A stretch of DNA of 63,682 nt, counting the filler, from Folioceros fuciformis (lineage: Eukaryota), in the NCBI GenBank assembly GCA_049999805.1. It is 4 parts of 3 records of this genome, joined end to end, with 100 filler letters (N's around TTAATTAATTAA, not from the genome) between each part and the next. Parts side by side here need not be neighbours in the genome. Positions count along the whole stretch, not along the records: positions 1 to 30,830 come from JBNGIO010005931.1; 3 more parts are not named here. One strand, given 5' to 3'. The position numbers were made by a program, and so were the translations under genes. The notes beneath the pieces are model-generated. The model saw only the letters and a list, made by a program, of their open reading frames with translations. It made no database searches and had not been told where the DNA came from. The stretch's first letter is position 1. Every line of letters begins with the position of its first letter. Positions 12,276 to 26,100 of the stretch are shown here, in pieces.

Positions 12276-15200
12276 ATGAACCTACACAAGACACCCTGGT
12301 TGAACATCAGGCCAGGGTCGAGGCCCAGCATGGACCCGGGGCTCCGCTTAGAAGCTTGCGACACGTCTGAGCAGGCCTTGGAGCAAGGAGACTGGCAGTC
12401 TCTGCAAGAGCGCTGCCATGCCCGCCTCCTCGACCTCCACCAGAGCCAACCGGATAGCCTCTGCACCTTGCGGTCACTTCGTTGGGCCATTACTCTGTTG
12501 GAGCGCCTCGATGCGTCGTTGCCTGATTCCGCGGCTCCAGTTTCAGAGCCTGTTGCCCTGCTTGCTGGAGGCCCCTTGAAACGCAAGGCAGCTGCGCATG
12601 TCACTCCGGCTGCTCCCCACGTCAAGAGGCCCAGACAAGAGGTGCACGCAGTCGACTCCGCTGGCAAAGCCGGTTCTCGGACGGCGGAGCGCATACAAGT
12701 CCGGCTCGCTCTGCGTGACGTCTCTGTCCTCATCAAGTTCGTAAGCCACTGCCTGCTGCTTAGCTTGGACCAGCGGCCTCTGACCCCGGGAGTCGACGAC
12801 GACGACAATCATTCGGACAATGTAGAATCTTTTGAGAACGCTCCACACTTTGCGCTTGCCAAACATGTTCCACTCGATGTTTCCGATTCCAACAAGAGCA
12901 TGTGGTTGTACCGGTGGCTAGTCAAGACGTTGCTCTGGGTCCCTGCTAATACCGCAAGTGACAGCGACCTCAACGTTGCTGCAATGGATTGGCTGGTTGC
13001 TTATCTGACCATAGCCGATCCTGCAGGCGTCATCAGGGTGGTATTTGAAGACCTCACGTGTGAGCTTCTTGACATGCAATCAAAAGGCTCAGGAGTGTTG
13101 GCTGCTTATAGGCGCCGGGTCAGCGTCTTCGAATTTGCCGCATTAAGGTGGGAAGAGTCTTCACTGTGATCATTGTTCTTGTCCTCGCACTCCGAACTCT
13201 TTCCTTGACCCCTTTGCCTTCAACATATTCCGTTGCTCCTGACGGACTGATCACCTGTGTTTGTTCTTGCTCGTGCGGGTCACCTGACTTGGATAATGAC
13301 AACTTGCTGAAACAGGATGCCGGAGCAGTTGTACTTCGTTTTATTGCCGTCCTTGCCCTGTTTATCTTTGAACGCTGGAGGAGTGGAGCTTTCGAGCATG
13401 CAGAAATGGAAGAGCGGGCAGTCTGTCCCCACCAGCTATATAAGCGTGTGGCTTGCTTTGGCTAGTATCAGTAGATGTCTTCTTCGTGCGTTTGTCCAGC
13501 TTTGGGTGCCTCCCCGTGATTATCAGACTGGTGTAATATGGTGCAATTGGCTCCTGGGATGTAAGGAAGAAGCAAGTTTGTTCCCCAAAATTTCGGAGGT
13601 GTTTGAGGTGAGACGCTAACCCCAACGTTATTACTTGTGTGCTAATAATCTGCAGGGCCAGATTGGCGTCTGTAGTGTTTCTGGCTTGCTCAGACCAGAA
13701 GAATTTCTCGTGGGATAGAGTTTTTGCTGCCTTTATTTCTTGCCAGCTCAAAACCACATCTTTGCTGTGGCTCTAACTCATGTTGGATTGGAAACACTCT
13801 GACGTTTGCATTAATATCAATCAAGCATGCCTGAAACAGAGGAAGTCCTATTGATTTGCTGAAAAATTGAGCACTTGTGCAATATTGCTGGTCTCTAATC
13901 TCTATCGAAACGTGGTGATAGGGTCTGGATTTCGAGGAACAATGTGTGAGGACCTGGCTATGTGCACTACTGAAAAGGCGGCTTGCAGAGCTTGCTCCTG
14001 TGGCTGCAGATATTGTTGTCTTACTGTACCGCAGTGCTCAACAGCATGAGACTCAGCTGGTTGAGGATGTGGGTGGACTTGCATGCGAACTTCTAGAAGT
14101 TATCTTGTCACAACTTGCACGCTGTCTTCTCTCCGGATGCCCTGGTAACGTATGCATATTTAGCTAGAAATTCTTGATAGGCTATTGGCAGCAAAGGTGG
14201 GTTGAATGTGAATGTCTGTTGGATAGCTAAAGAGAATATAGCATTTCCGCTGGCAGGTTTTGCCTGGCTGAAGCATGGGCTTTGATCTTACAGGTGCTAG
14301 CTTTGCCAGAAACGCAAACCATTTGGCATACGCTAGTGGAGCTATTTCGTGTGTAGACAACCTGAAGGAGAATGTGAATCGTCTGTGGGATGTGCTGCTC
14401 GAATTATCACCTGCGGGTGTGTGTGGCTCGTGTGCGGGTGCTAGAAACGAAATATTTATGTTGATGGATAGGAGGACACTTCCCCTGGATCGTGCAATCA
14501 CAGGTGATCATAAGATGTATGAAGGGAGCCAGATTGGTTGGCCGTGCCTGCGAGCTAAATTTATCTTTTCTCAGATTTGTTCCCTTGGCATGGTGGTCTG
14601 TGAGGAGAATGTCATTGCAGACTTGCTGGTCCAGGGAACGGGTTTGACTTTTCATGCGGACGGCCAGATAGATGTGAATTCCATGGAGAGATTATCGATT
14701 ATTATGAACGTCACACAGTTTCTTGTGACACACTGGGCCATGCAGCCTGCTGTGAAATCCTGGGCACTGAAGCTTTGCAGATTGCTGCAAGTCGTTGATG
14801 AAAAGCAGGTTAGAACAGCTTGCTCCTGGTTGTAAACACGTGTCAGAAATTTTTTTCGATTGTTCCGGCCTCAAAACTGCAAAAGTATGGATTGAATGGT
14901 CACCATTCAATAATTGACGTGGCAACTCTTTCGTTTTCGCAGATGCCAATACCAAGTTATTGTGATGACATCGTTGTGACCTTTGCAGGTCTTGTCTATA
15001 ATGGCTACCATTAGGGTACTACTTTCACCAACCATGTGGCGGAAGAACACACTGGTGTCCGGAACGTTCCTTGGGAATCTGGTGTTTGAGGAGGTGGAGC
15101 AGTCAGGAATAGCATGGAAGTCTGTGTGGCAACTTATGCGCCAGCTTTTCCATTGCGGGTGGCCGCAGTACATTGCTTTGTTGAACCGGGACCAAGCATG

Positions 15201-17484
15201 GGAGATGAAGTTCTCTGTTCTGAATGTTCTCCGACTCCTCCCCTCTGGTGAAGAAAGTGAACACGGAGCTGCGCTGCACCTGAAGGTATGTGACATGGAA
15301 TTTTCTGTGTTGCAGCTGAGTGCAATTTGTGACTTGCCTACTTGACTGTGAGGGTATCAGCCAGGCAATGTTGAGAGCATTGTTTCTAGATTATGTTACT
15401 GCTTTTTTCAGCTGCTTTAAGGCCCTTGTGCAACAAAATGTTGGGCCATCGTATAGCAGCCGTGCATCTTCTTATTGTAGAGAGCTGCCTTTATTTTACC
15501 GTGGGCAGTTTCAATGTATGTGTGTTGGGTCAGATGTAACTTGTGTGCGGTGAGCTGGACTGAGTGGCCGTGAGTCATGTCAGCCCTCAAGCTCTGTAGG
15601 AAGTAAGGTCTAGTGACCCCTACTCTGGTGCTAACGCTGTGCACTTGGTTGCAGTGTGCGTTGAAGATTTTTTGTCACCTCCTTCAAGAGCTGTACGCAA
15701 TGTTTTATGCACCTGATGGGAAGACTGCAGTGAATAATGGGCAGTTGACGTGTGTCAATTCGAGGTGGCATTATGTGCGAGTCATTGAGCAGCTGAAGAA
15801 GATAATAGCTGATCATGGAGCTCTCAGACCATCGAGCTTCACTTTGGTAAGGTGTTGACCGTCTTCCGCTCTAATTCGTGAGGTCCCTTTTCTGTCTAGC
15901 CAATTTGTGGAGAGCATTGGATTTAATTTTTGCAGATGGTAAACAATCTCCTGGACTTCTCCTTCAGCCTATGTGGGCGTGAGCAAAGGATTACAGGAGT
16001 TGCATCCCAGGATGGTATGCTCATAGACATGTCATCAAAAGATTTTCCTCATGTGCAACTGTTGACTGCCTAACATCTGCTAGGCAGTCGAATATTCTTT
16101 CAGTTTCTGCCTAAAGTATGTATCCTGGACTCTTCCTGAACTTCGAGTGATTTGTCTCCATGACAGGAGATGTGTCCTCGACCTATGTTGGAGCTGATTT
16201 ACTGCGATTTCATCATGTGCATATACCTTCACAAAGGCAACGAGGTGGTAGAATAAGTACTAGGATAGCCAGCGAGCTTGGCATCCTTCTAAGGACAACC
16301 TTGGAAAGGGGAATTCTTGAGGCCTCAGACAAGGGACGCAGTCATTATTGGCCTAGCAACCCTGCCGCAATACTTGCTGCCATTATCACAACTCGGATGG
16401 AAACACCACATGAAATGCCCATGACCAGGGAGCAATATGAGGAGGCAAGAAGAACGCGTGTGTTCACCCGTATATTTTGTTTTACAGAGTGGAATTTTGT
16501 GGTCCTGACCGTGCCCATCTGCAGATACTACCAAAACAGGTTTCTTCACCAAGGCATGTCTATCTGATGGAATGCTTCAATAGAAATCCTTTCCTCTTTG
16601 AGGTAAAGGAAGATCTGAAACTTAAATGCAGCCTTGTTCTCTAGAAAGTATGCTTCTGATGTCTCCAACGTCTGCACAGATCTTGCAGCTAGTCTTCGAG
16701 CATGGTGAAAAACAAGAGGCATTGCAGTGTGCAGAGCTTACCCGCACCCTTGTTGCAGATTGTATAGTCCAATTCCACAGCGCATTTCGCTCTCAGCAGC
16801 CGTCTGTGGGTTTCATGAAGGTCAGAAGTCAGGAAATAATTATTTTTAATGGAGAGATCAATTGCTGGATCTCTCACCCTGCACTACTCGGATTCTGTAC
16901 GCTGTTTTGTTGTGATGTCAGTGATCTCTTTTGTGACACAGGCAGAGGACATGGAGTTATCAGCACGAACTCAATTGTCCAGACTGATTCACCTGGTTTC
17001 ATTGAGTGGTTGGCTGCCAGAGGCACTTGTTAATAGTAAAGAGATAGTGCCAGTGGTAGATGGGCCTTGCATAGCAGACCTGTTATTGCTGGTATGGCGC
17101 TGCATGCACCATGGCATGACTGGTGGTGCAAAGGGTTGGCTGGGCGCAGACACCCTAGAGAGCATCACAGGTGCTCACCAATCACAGGTATGAGAAGCCT
17201 GCCTGAGCAATTGAAGGTACCAGCATGAAATGTGGTGTCCATCCTGTGTAAAGATCCCGGTTGGCTGTCAGTTCGCCTGGTGTGGCTGCTTTGGGTGTGG
17301 TATGATCAATTCATGCGATGCTGTCTGTGTACGTCTCTACAGGTATGTACCCCAGAAGGTGGTAGTATGGGAGTGTCTGCCCCACGTAGTTTGTGGGAGA
17401 GTACATTTTTATCCATTCTTCGTCGAAACATTATTCAGCTGGGACCTTATGTGGCGCATGTCACTCCCTGAGGAAGATGTGTAA
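12276..17484 (+). CDS. Large multi-exon protein of unknown function (Leu/Trp-rich, probably alpha-helical); start may be 12330 and the 3' end is uncertain (17484-17602)
   Basis: Chain of long same-strand ORFs joined by GT..AG introns (e.g. FAALR|gtggga, EVFE|gtgaga, VDEKQ|gttaga, HLK|gtatgt, SFTL|gtaagg). Possible bipartite NLS KRK...KRPR in exon 1. No TE motifs. Confidence 0.7.
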
Positions 17485-17621
17485 GCTGGCATTCCCATTT
17501 CCTTCTGATGTAGCCAGTGGAAAAGTGAAGGAAATGAACTGTTCGATTTTTCATTTCCTAAGAACTACAGTCGAGAAACTTCGTCCACCGATGTCGATAT
17601 AAAAGACGCCATTTCTATTCT

Positions 17622-20600
17622 TTACCAGCGATTGTCAGGATGTTTCACTTTGTACACCCTAACTATCCAGTTCGACGTTGTGAAGGCTTCCTCCAAGGAC
17701 TCCAGCTGTATGTCCTTCTTCCCTATCTCCACGCCGCGAGCTCGGTCCCATCTGAAAGAGATAGTTAAGACAGACAACAGAACACAAGACACTTCGGCTT
17801 TGAGCAAATCCATAGGTCAACAGACAAGGAAACCTTTTGCTGCGTCACCTGCAGTGTATACACCAAGGTTTAGATAAAACATACCCAGGAGGTCGTCCAT
17901 ATTCTGTGCTTACTTCCCCAAACCTGTAATAGCATAATTTGTACCTGACCCAACCACGATCAATTTAAATTTAGTCCACACGCAAGCGGAAGTGCGTAAG
18001 AGACGCATGCAGAAGACCCCCACTCAGCCACCCGGATAACATCCAAAATCCTTCCGATCTTCCATCCCACTTCACGAAACTCACATGAGAGAATTCAACA
18101 TTGCAGGTGCCGCATCCTTGTCAACCCGATACTCGCCACTTTTCAAAAAGTCGGGTTCTCTAATAGATGGGAAGACGCCACTCCCAATCCGAACCATCCA
18201 CAAAAACCTGCCAGAACTCAGGGTCGCACACAAAACCGTGACCTCAACCAACAACTCTGCTTTCAACCTAACTAAGAGGGGAAACTCTAATGCAGACTCC
18301 AACTCCCTGCCATTGAATTGGGAAGACCGTACGGAAGAAGGCCCACTTACTTGTTGATGTCGTCAGAGGAGTAACCTGTAACCCCGCCAAAAACTACAAG
18401 CACGTAGTTGACATCCAGATACTGCATAATCCCATATGCATCGTCTTCAAGGGAGGACATCGCCCTCCCAACTGTGGCAATGTGTGTGTTATTCCAAGTA
18501 TTATTGTCTACAATCACAGTACGATTGGCCATGGCCGTGATCTGGTACCCATAATCCCACCAGGACATAACTTTTGCGTCGGGTGGAGTATTATGTCGCA
18601 ACCAAAAATATGCCTCGCGGAAGTCATCAAAGATAACTCGTTCACCGTTGCTTTGCCTTGCTGCGAGAACAATAGATGGGGACGAGTATGCTTCTGACGT
18701 CACCCACGTGCAGTGCCCAACAAAATTAAGAAGCAAATATAGAACACCGAACACCAAGACAAAAGAGCATTCCTTTTGAAATGGCAGGGGCTCATTTCCC
18801 ATCTGCGATAACAGTAAAATCCATTAACAGAAGAATCTCGACTGTCAGGATGATATAAAATCAACCGAGAGCAAAACCTGGCAAACCCAACAAAATCTAA
18901 CCCGAAAAATAAACTCAGCTAGACATTGGAGATGAATTCAGCAAGCAGACACCTCAAGAGAAACCCTGCCCTCAACAGGCACCTGCAGCCTTCTTTACAG
19001 CTGGTACTTGACTAGCTCTGTGAAGACTTGAATCTATAGGGTCCACATGAAGAATGAGAGTACTCACCTTTGGAGATATTTTGACGCTGCCAGCTTGCTT
19101 GACAGGGGCAGGAAGAGGGGGATGCTCGCGAAAAAGTCCCATCAAAGTTTTAAGAGTTCCAGACACTGCAACAGCAGCGACAAGACATATTGCAGGGCTA
19201 GCAACTAGGATCAGGCGCACCATAACCCCAGCAAAATATAAGCTAGTCAGTGCATAGATGACAATGAAGACAGTTGCCTCGTTGAGCCTTTTGAAGCAGA
19301 AGTAGAGCCCAGCTGGAAACAGAAAAAGCAGTGCATGGAAGTCGAACATGAAAGAAGACCACGATGTTGGCTGATGCTCAGAAACAGAGGCGATTATAGG
19401 GATGTGATCTTTAGCATATGTTGGATCCAACAATGAATAGAACCTGCCTGTCCAGGGGGAAATGTAGCCACTTGCTAAGCCCAATCCCAGTCCACAAGCA
19501 CCAAGGATTGCAGTAGCTGTAACAGTAATTCTCACAAACGCTTGAAACAACATTAAGTCTCCTAGCTGCTGTTTCACAGAATCAACAACGTAGTACACCT
19601 GCAAAGACACCACACACAGCACACTGAGCCTCCTGTGTAACAGATGGACAGGCTTAAACCTTCAGGACATAGCAACCTCGTCAGTGAACCAACAATGTCT
19701 CCAAAGTGCAATGCGTGAGTGCAGTAATTCAGTGCGTTTTCATTCAATGCACACAAACCCTGAGGAGACGAGATCACACTGCTAAGGCACAAAAGGATAT
19801 TCCAGCTCCTGTGTGGAAATACAGCACACCCACTTCTGTCTAAGTGCATAAGCACATGCAAAGCGTAGAAAGGCAAGGAGCATGCACATGCAACCAACTG
19901 ATGACGAGGGTTAGCTACCTGCAACAAGAAGAACACACCCAATGCAGCCATATGTTCTCCCGACTGTATGTGCTGGAAACCCACGAAACGGATCTGCATT
20001 GCAAGGAGCATTCCCAGAATGTACAGCGTGTTGTAGGCAATGTACAGCCGGAGAGAGTACCTCCCCATCACCAGTAGCACTATGACGTACATCGGTATTA
20101 AGTTGATGATAAAAATATAGCCCCCCCAGGCAGACACCATGTAAAAATATGCAAACGCAGAAGCAACTGACCATGCAAGCAAGCCTGTATTAACTGCCTT
20201 CACGAATAAGTAAAAAGTAAGTAGTAGAGCAAAAATGGCAACACCCTCATTGTCGTAGGAGCCTGCAACAGACCGAGAAATATACCCAGGACAAATTGCT
20301 ATAAATGCTGCTGCAATCAAACCGGTCCCAGTGTCCCTGAGCTGCTTCCCAAACAAGTAAGCCACTACAGTAGTGTTCGAGGCGAAAAACGGAGCCGTCA
20401 GGACGCACACGTCTCGTATGTGCACGAAGAACCTTAGAAATCTCAGTAGCCAGTATAAAAGCGCCGCTGTCACCATGAGCCCTGGATACAAGGTCCCACC
20501 GATGATGCGGCCAAGAGGATACCAGCTTTCATAGTCGAACCAGTTCCAAAATTCATAGAATCCTTTCTCTGTCAGGAACAGTGTCGTCCTGTAGTTGAAA

Positions 20601-20785
20601 TAAGGATCGAATTCATGAATGACACTCTCGTATCTAAGCACACTAAAGAGCCGAGTAGCGAAAGCTAGAACATAGATCAAGATCAACGTCCCCACACGAA
20701 TCAGAAGCTCCTGCTGTTTCGTCCTAAGCTTCAAGTCCTTGGCAACGCCCGACATGGCCTCGACTGCCCAAGAATAACGATCCAT
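17622..20785 (-). CDS. STT3B: Oligosaccharyltransferase catalytic subunit STT3B
   Basis: [92 protein letters not shown]. The N-terminal [11 protein letters not shown] is typical of plant STT3B. Confidence 0.96.
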
Positions 20786-21045
20786 CCTCTTCTAACCTGC
20801 AGGGCCGGGAGAAATGGCTGATCAGAGACATACACGTCCTGTGTCCGATCCTGGACGCGCAAGGCCCCCAGTTCAGAAGCTGCACTAGTGCTTACACAAT
20901 GAGTCCACACAATACGATAGTGCCCTAGTTTTAGGTCTGTTACCCTTCTCCCATCACAGTTTGGTGTGAACGGATAGTCAAGGTCAGTCCCGCTAACTGC
21001 GACCTTTCTAGCTGGCCCTTGGTGGTGTTTCTCTCGCTTCCGGTG

Positions 21046-22500
21046 ATGGATTGTAGAGTGGACCGCAAAGCTGCAGGGGCGTGTGAAGCGCCTGTTTTGG
21101 ATGTGCTCCATGAAGACTGTGTGTCCAAGATTGTCTCCTTCCTATCAGCTACAGACATTGCGGCCTTCTCAGTATCATGTGAAAAGATGAGAAGGTTGTG
21201 CGCAGACGACAGTAAGGTCTGGCGAGAAGTTTGCGAGCGGCGATGGGGCGCTCATACATCGCTTGCCAGTTGGAGGACGGGATGTGTTTCCTTCCGAGCT
21301 ATTCACGATGTACTAATTGAATGGGAGAATCTTATTGGCTACTGGAGGGGCGTGGGGACTGCCGATGCTCCCTTCCTGGTTGTGTTTGAATGGATGCCCC
21401 GCTGCGTTATGGCCTTCCGCTTGCTCCACTCTCAGCCAGGAAGTTTACAAGTTCGCAAGGTTCCGTTCCTCCGTTTGGGCCTGACATGTGAAGGCAGAGC
21501 TGTCTGCTTTGTTTTGCCCAGGTTGTCGTCACCTGGAGTTGCGTCGGATGAAGGTGCTCGATGTAAGAGTGTCTCGCCACCTAAGAGACAGACCATGCCC
21601 GTGAGTGACTGGGGAGTACTCGACTTTGACCTCCCTCTTCCGGCCAACCTGGCTGAGGTGAGCTTAAGTTTTGCAGCTAAACATCACCTCGTTGTGGATT
21701 ATGACGGGCAAAGGCAACCGTGTGTAGTGAGACAGTCGGCCACGGCCGCTGCTCTTGCCTCGTTTGGAGCTATGGACACATACAATTTATCTAGACCCCC
21801 TGGCAGTGTAGAGGTGGGCTCCTTGGCGTGTAGTCAGTCGAATCCTTTTCATCGGGAGATATGTGAATTTCTATCTAGGAAAGTGGCGGGCTCCGGAGGT
21901 GCCAGTGCTTGTAGAAAGCAAAGACGGAAACTCAAAGCGGAGTCAGATGATCCTCAGCATTTTGTTAAAATCGTAGACTGCTGCCCCACGGCCAGTCGCC
22001 CATTTCAAGGGCTTTGGAAGGTATTGAATTGCAGGTCTTTGAAGGGGTCTTCAGTCTCGGGACACGCGCATTGTTCCAGCAAGTTTTATCTATGCGTTTT
22101 GTGTCCTCTGTTTGTGTTGTAGGGCGTCGGTCTCTCGCAGGAACTGGTCTTTATTCTCCTTTCATACAAGGATGATAACGAGGTAACATGCCGTGGCATT
22201 GGCGCCTCCTCAGACTTTGCCCCGTGGGAACGTGTCGTTTGGAATACCAACCGTGTAGGTGAGTGCACTATGCTGAATGCGGGACCAGGAAGTTGTGGCG
22301 CGTCGTCCTCATTTGACAACAGTGCTGGCCGGGCATTTCATGACGGAAACGCTCAAGCCATGGATGATGGACATACGCCGTTACATAAGACTGGAAGAGT
22401 ATGGCGGTATGCAAAGGATGGTATTGGTATGAGTTTGCCAAATTCAGAGCTTTCCATGAACTTCCGGCTGGTATGCCGGGACGGTCGGGGATTCGATTAG
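21046..22500 (+). CDS. F-box protein (At3g12350/FBXO31-like)
   Basis: N-terminal F-box LHEDCVSKIVSFLSATDI...KVWREVCERRWG; WENLIGYWR; HFVKIVDCCPTASRPFQGLWK|G. Intron 22021-22122; exon 2 is open to TAG at 22498-22500. Confidence 0.8.
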
Positions 22501-23164
22501 GGCTTGTAGATGGGAAGAGGCTGCTGAGTTCTTCAATATAGGTGGTGTATGTTGCATTTCACCTGGTCAGGTGGAAGAGAGTTCGTTGGAAGTCCTCGAC
22601 CCCACGTCCACTATTTATGTTATGCGAACTTTCTTTGGCCATTAGCTTGTTTATGTCGCCATCCAGGGTCGTTACTCTCTCTTTTTCTTTCCAATCTTAC
22701 ACTCGTGTTTGCAACGTCGTTTCTGCTGACATCAGGCGGGCGGCGCAGTGGGGTATATGTACATTCGGGCTTTTTTGGAGTTTTACGGAATAAAAGTACT
22801 GGTGCGTTTGTGGAATAAAAATACCGTTGGATTTGCAGAATCAAAGGATAGATGTGTGCCGTTGAGTTTGTGTGATACACGGGGTTTCCAACATTTTTGC
22901 ACGGTTGCACTATTTAAAAGATCAGTATGATAACTACGTAATGAAACTGGCACGAGGTCTTTGGGGGAAGAGTAGCTTCCAACAATGGGACTAGATATTG
23001 CCGGGATCCTCGATGACAGTGGGGGTAGAATTACTAAGAAGTGACATTGCGGGTAGAACCATTAAGAAGTGAAAGGGGACCGAATATGGTATGCCCAAAC
23101 GGACGAATTGACTTCTCTCTAGGTTTGTAAAACGAACGAATTGTCTTCTCTCTANNNNNNNNNN

Positions 23165-26100
23165 CCGTACAAGGTCTTGTTCAACCTACAAACTAGCTGA
23201 TCCTTTCCTTGTTGCACATAAGCCTCCGGCTGTTGCATATAGATCTCCTCTTCCAGCTCGCCATGCAGGAAGGCGGTCTTCACGTCCATTTGCTTGAGAT
23301 CTAAATCGAGGTGGGCTGCCAACGCTAACACCATCTTTAGAGTTGTAAATTTTACAATTGGAGCAAATGTCTCGGTAAAGTCTACTCTTGGTACTTGTGA
23401 AAAACCCCGGGCTACAAGGTGTGCTTTGTATCGCTCAATGCTTTCATCAGCCTTCTTCTTAAGCTTGAACACCCACTTACAAGAAATGGGTTTCCTACCT
23501 TTTGGAAGCTCCACAAGTGACCAAGTACCATTCTTCACTATGGACGCATACTCATCGTCCACTGCCCTTTTCCACTGCTTTGCATCTGACCCTGTAAAGG
23601 CTTGTGTCAACGTGGTAGGCTTCATAGGATTTGTGCTGGTTGCCAACATGGCTTGAACAAATGCACTTGAGGCTTGTGCATCTTCTGACATATCTGCAGC
23701 ACCATTTAAAGACTCCTCTGCAGCCTGTGCCCCCACTGAAGTATCGACCGAGGTAACTGGTGCACTCCCTGATCCACTCTTTGCATTCCTTGTCTTAGAC
23801 TTGGACTTATTTGGGCACCAGTCCTCCATTTCTAGCGGAGGCTCCTTCCAGGGCCTGTTCCTTTCCCTCAAACTATATCTATGTGTTGATGCATCTGGAA
23901 CGGATCCATGTACATCTGGAGCATCCTGGTCAAGCATCTCTACATCAGCATGCTCAAGTTCCTCACCTTTACCATCGTCATCTTCAAGAGGAAGGTCATC
24001 GTCTTCTGCATTAATTTCAGCAGTCGTCAGCTTGCTCTCCAGTCTGGTCAAAGTGCGAGACTACAACATCATCACTTCCATCTTGACTGAATGTAGGGTA
24101 TGGAGCAGCTGCCTCCTCTTCCTCAGTTGCTGTATAGTCATTCATCAGCCCACCAACACTAGTGCCAGTTTCAGGTACAACCGAGCAGGGTGTTTGCATC
24201 ACACTTTGTTCATCAAAGACAACACTTCTAGCATGACTCACTGTCCTCGTCATAGGGTCGTACAACTTGTAGGCTTTGATGCCATCAGTGTAGCCTATAA
24301 ACACTAATTTTTTGGCTCTATCCTGCAGTTTCGTCTTCCTCTTGGGCTTTGGAACAAATGCATTCGCTGGAGCACCAAAAATACGCAAATGTTGTGTTAG
24401 AAATCAAGCTCTAACTGAATTGTTATTAAGAGCATACAACACTTAGGATAGTGTAGATTATCCCATATTGAACTCGTAGTTCTCTATCACCTAAGTGTTA
24501 TTAGGATATATCAGGATATACTAGGATATTGCACCCTCGAGACTAAGGCTTACCTTATCGAGGGTTGCCCCGCCTGAAGGCTATATATGTAGCATCATGT
24601 GCACCATAAGTAAGGTACTGTGGAGTCCTTCTAAGCCTGTGGTGCTATTTCAACATGTTGTAAAGCTGGCTTCCTTCCCCACCAGGCCTCGAATGGTGTT
24701 GTGCCAGGTAACATTTGTGTAGGTAGCCAATTCAATAAGTAGTTAGCTATGTTAATCGCTTCACTCCAGTAAGAGCGTGACAAACAAGCCTGTTTGAGAA
24801 GTGCTCTTGCTATTTCCTGCAGCAGCTGATTTTTCTTTTCAGCGACACCATGAAGTTGGGCAGTGTACGGGACGGTGAGCTGGTTTGAATGCCGAGACCA
24901 TGACAATCATCCTGAAAAGCATTTGAGGTATATTCCCCACCATTGTCGGATCGTAGGCATTTCAAGGATCGTCCATGCTGACGTTCTACTATGAGCAGAT
25001 AATCCTTAAATCTCTCCAGAGCCTCGCTTTTGTGCCTCAGGATATACAGCATGCAATATTGTGTAGAGTCATCAATAAAAGTCATGAAATACGAGCCTCC
25101 ACCAATGCTCGGAACGGAGATGGGGCCACAAATATCCGAATGCACCAATCCAAGGGAGCTGTAGCACGGTGAGCTCCTGACTTGTCAAATGCAAATTCAT
25201 GGTGTTTGGCATAAACGCATGCTTCGCATAGTGGCAGGTCCCCCACTTGACCTGTAATGCCGTCAGAATACAAGGCACTGTTTGCCATAGCCTGCAGCTT
25301 CTTTCCATGAGGATGGCCACACCTCAAGTGCCAAACAGTGGCTACCTCCTGCGAGGAAGCATTGCCTCCAAGGCCAGCAATATGCAGGGTAGGTAACTTG
25401 CTACCGGGAGTGCTCAATTGGTAGATATCATTGACTGGATATCCTTCAGCAACTGCTACACCCGGATCCGTGCTCCTCACTGTTGTGCACTTGTCCCCTC
25501 GAAAAGAAACTTGCATTGCTCTATCCATAGTAAGTTTCCGAACTGACAATAAATTCTTTGTTACTGCAGGTACATGTAAAACATCACTTAATTCGAGATT
25601 CCCTCCGTGATGTAAAGGCAGCGTGACCTTGCCTATGCCAACAATTGGTAATGTGCTTTCATCTCCTAGCAGCACCGATTGTACTTCCTTGTACGGTCTG
25701 TTCTCACAAAAGGAAGCTTTGTTGTGGCAGATGTGCGCAGAGGCACCTTAATCAATGAACCACGCTGGGGTATGCGAGCCAGCAGTGGTAAGGCACATAG
25801 TCAGAATTACCTGCGCTTGCTTCTTCTTAGGTGCCTACACATTGTGTGCCTTAGGAGATCCTGCACCATCCTTTCTAGGCTCGCCGGCCTTTCTTTTGCA
25901 ACAGTCACGTGCTAAGTGACCTGGTATACCGCACCAATTGCAGCTACATGTCCTCTTCTGGCTGCCTGAGCTTTGGCTAGGTCCACTTGCAGCTGTCCTA
26001 CCACCACGGTTTGCACTCCAGCCACCTCGGCCTCTCTTGAATGGTTTGCCTCTACCTGCAAAAAGGGTTGCTGACCCTGTGTTTGCTGTTTTGCAGAGCG

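Noticed and set aside
22990..23154. Small duplicated motifs downstream of the F-box gene
   Set aside because: Two-copy ~20-bp duplications at a contig edge; not enough to call a feature.
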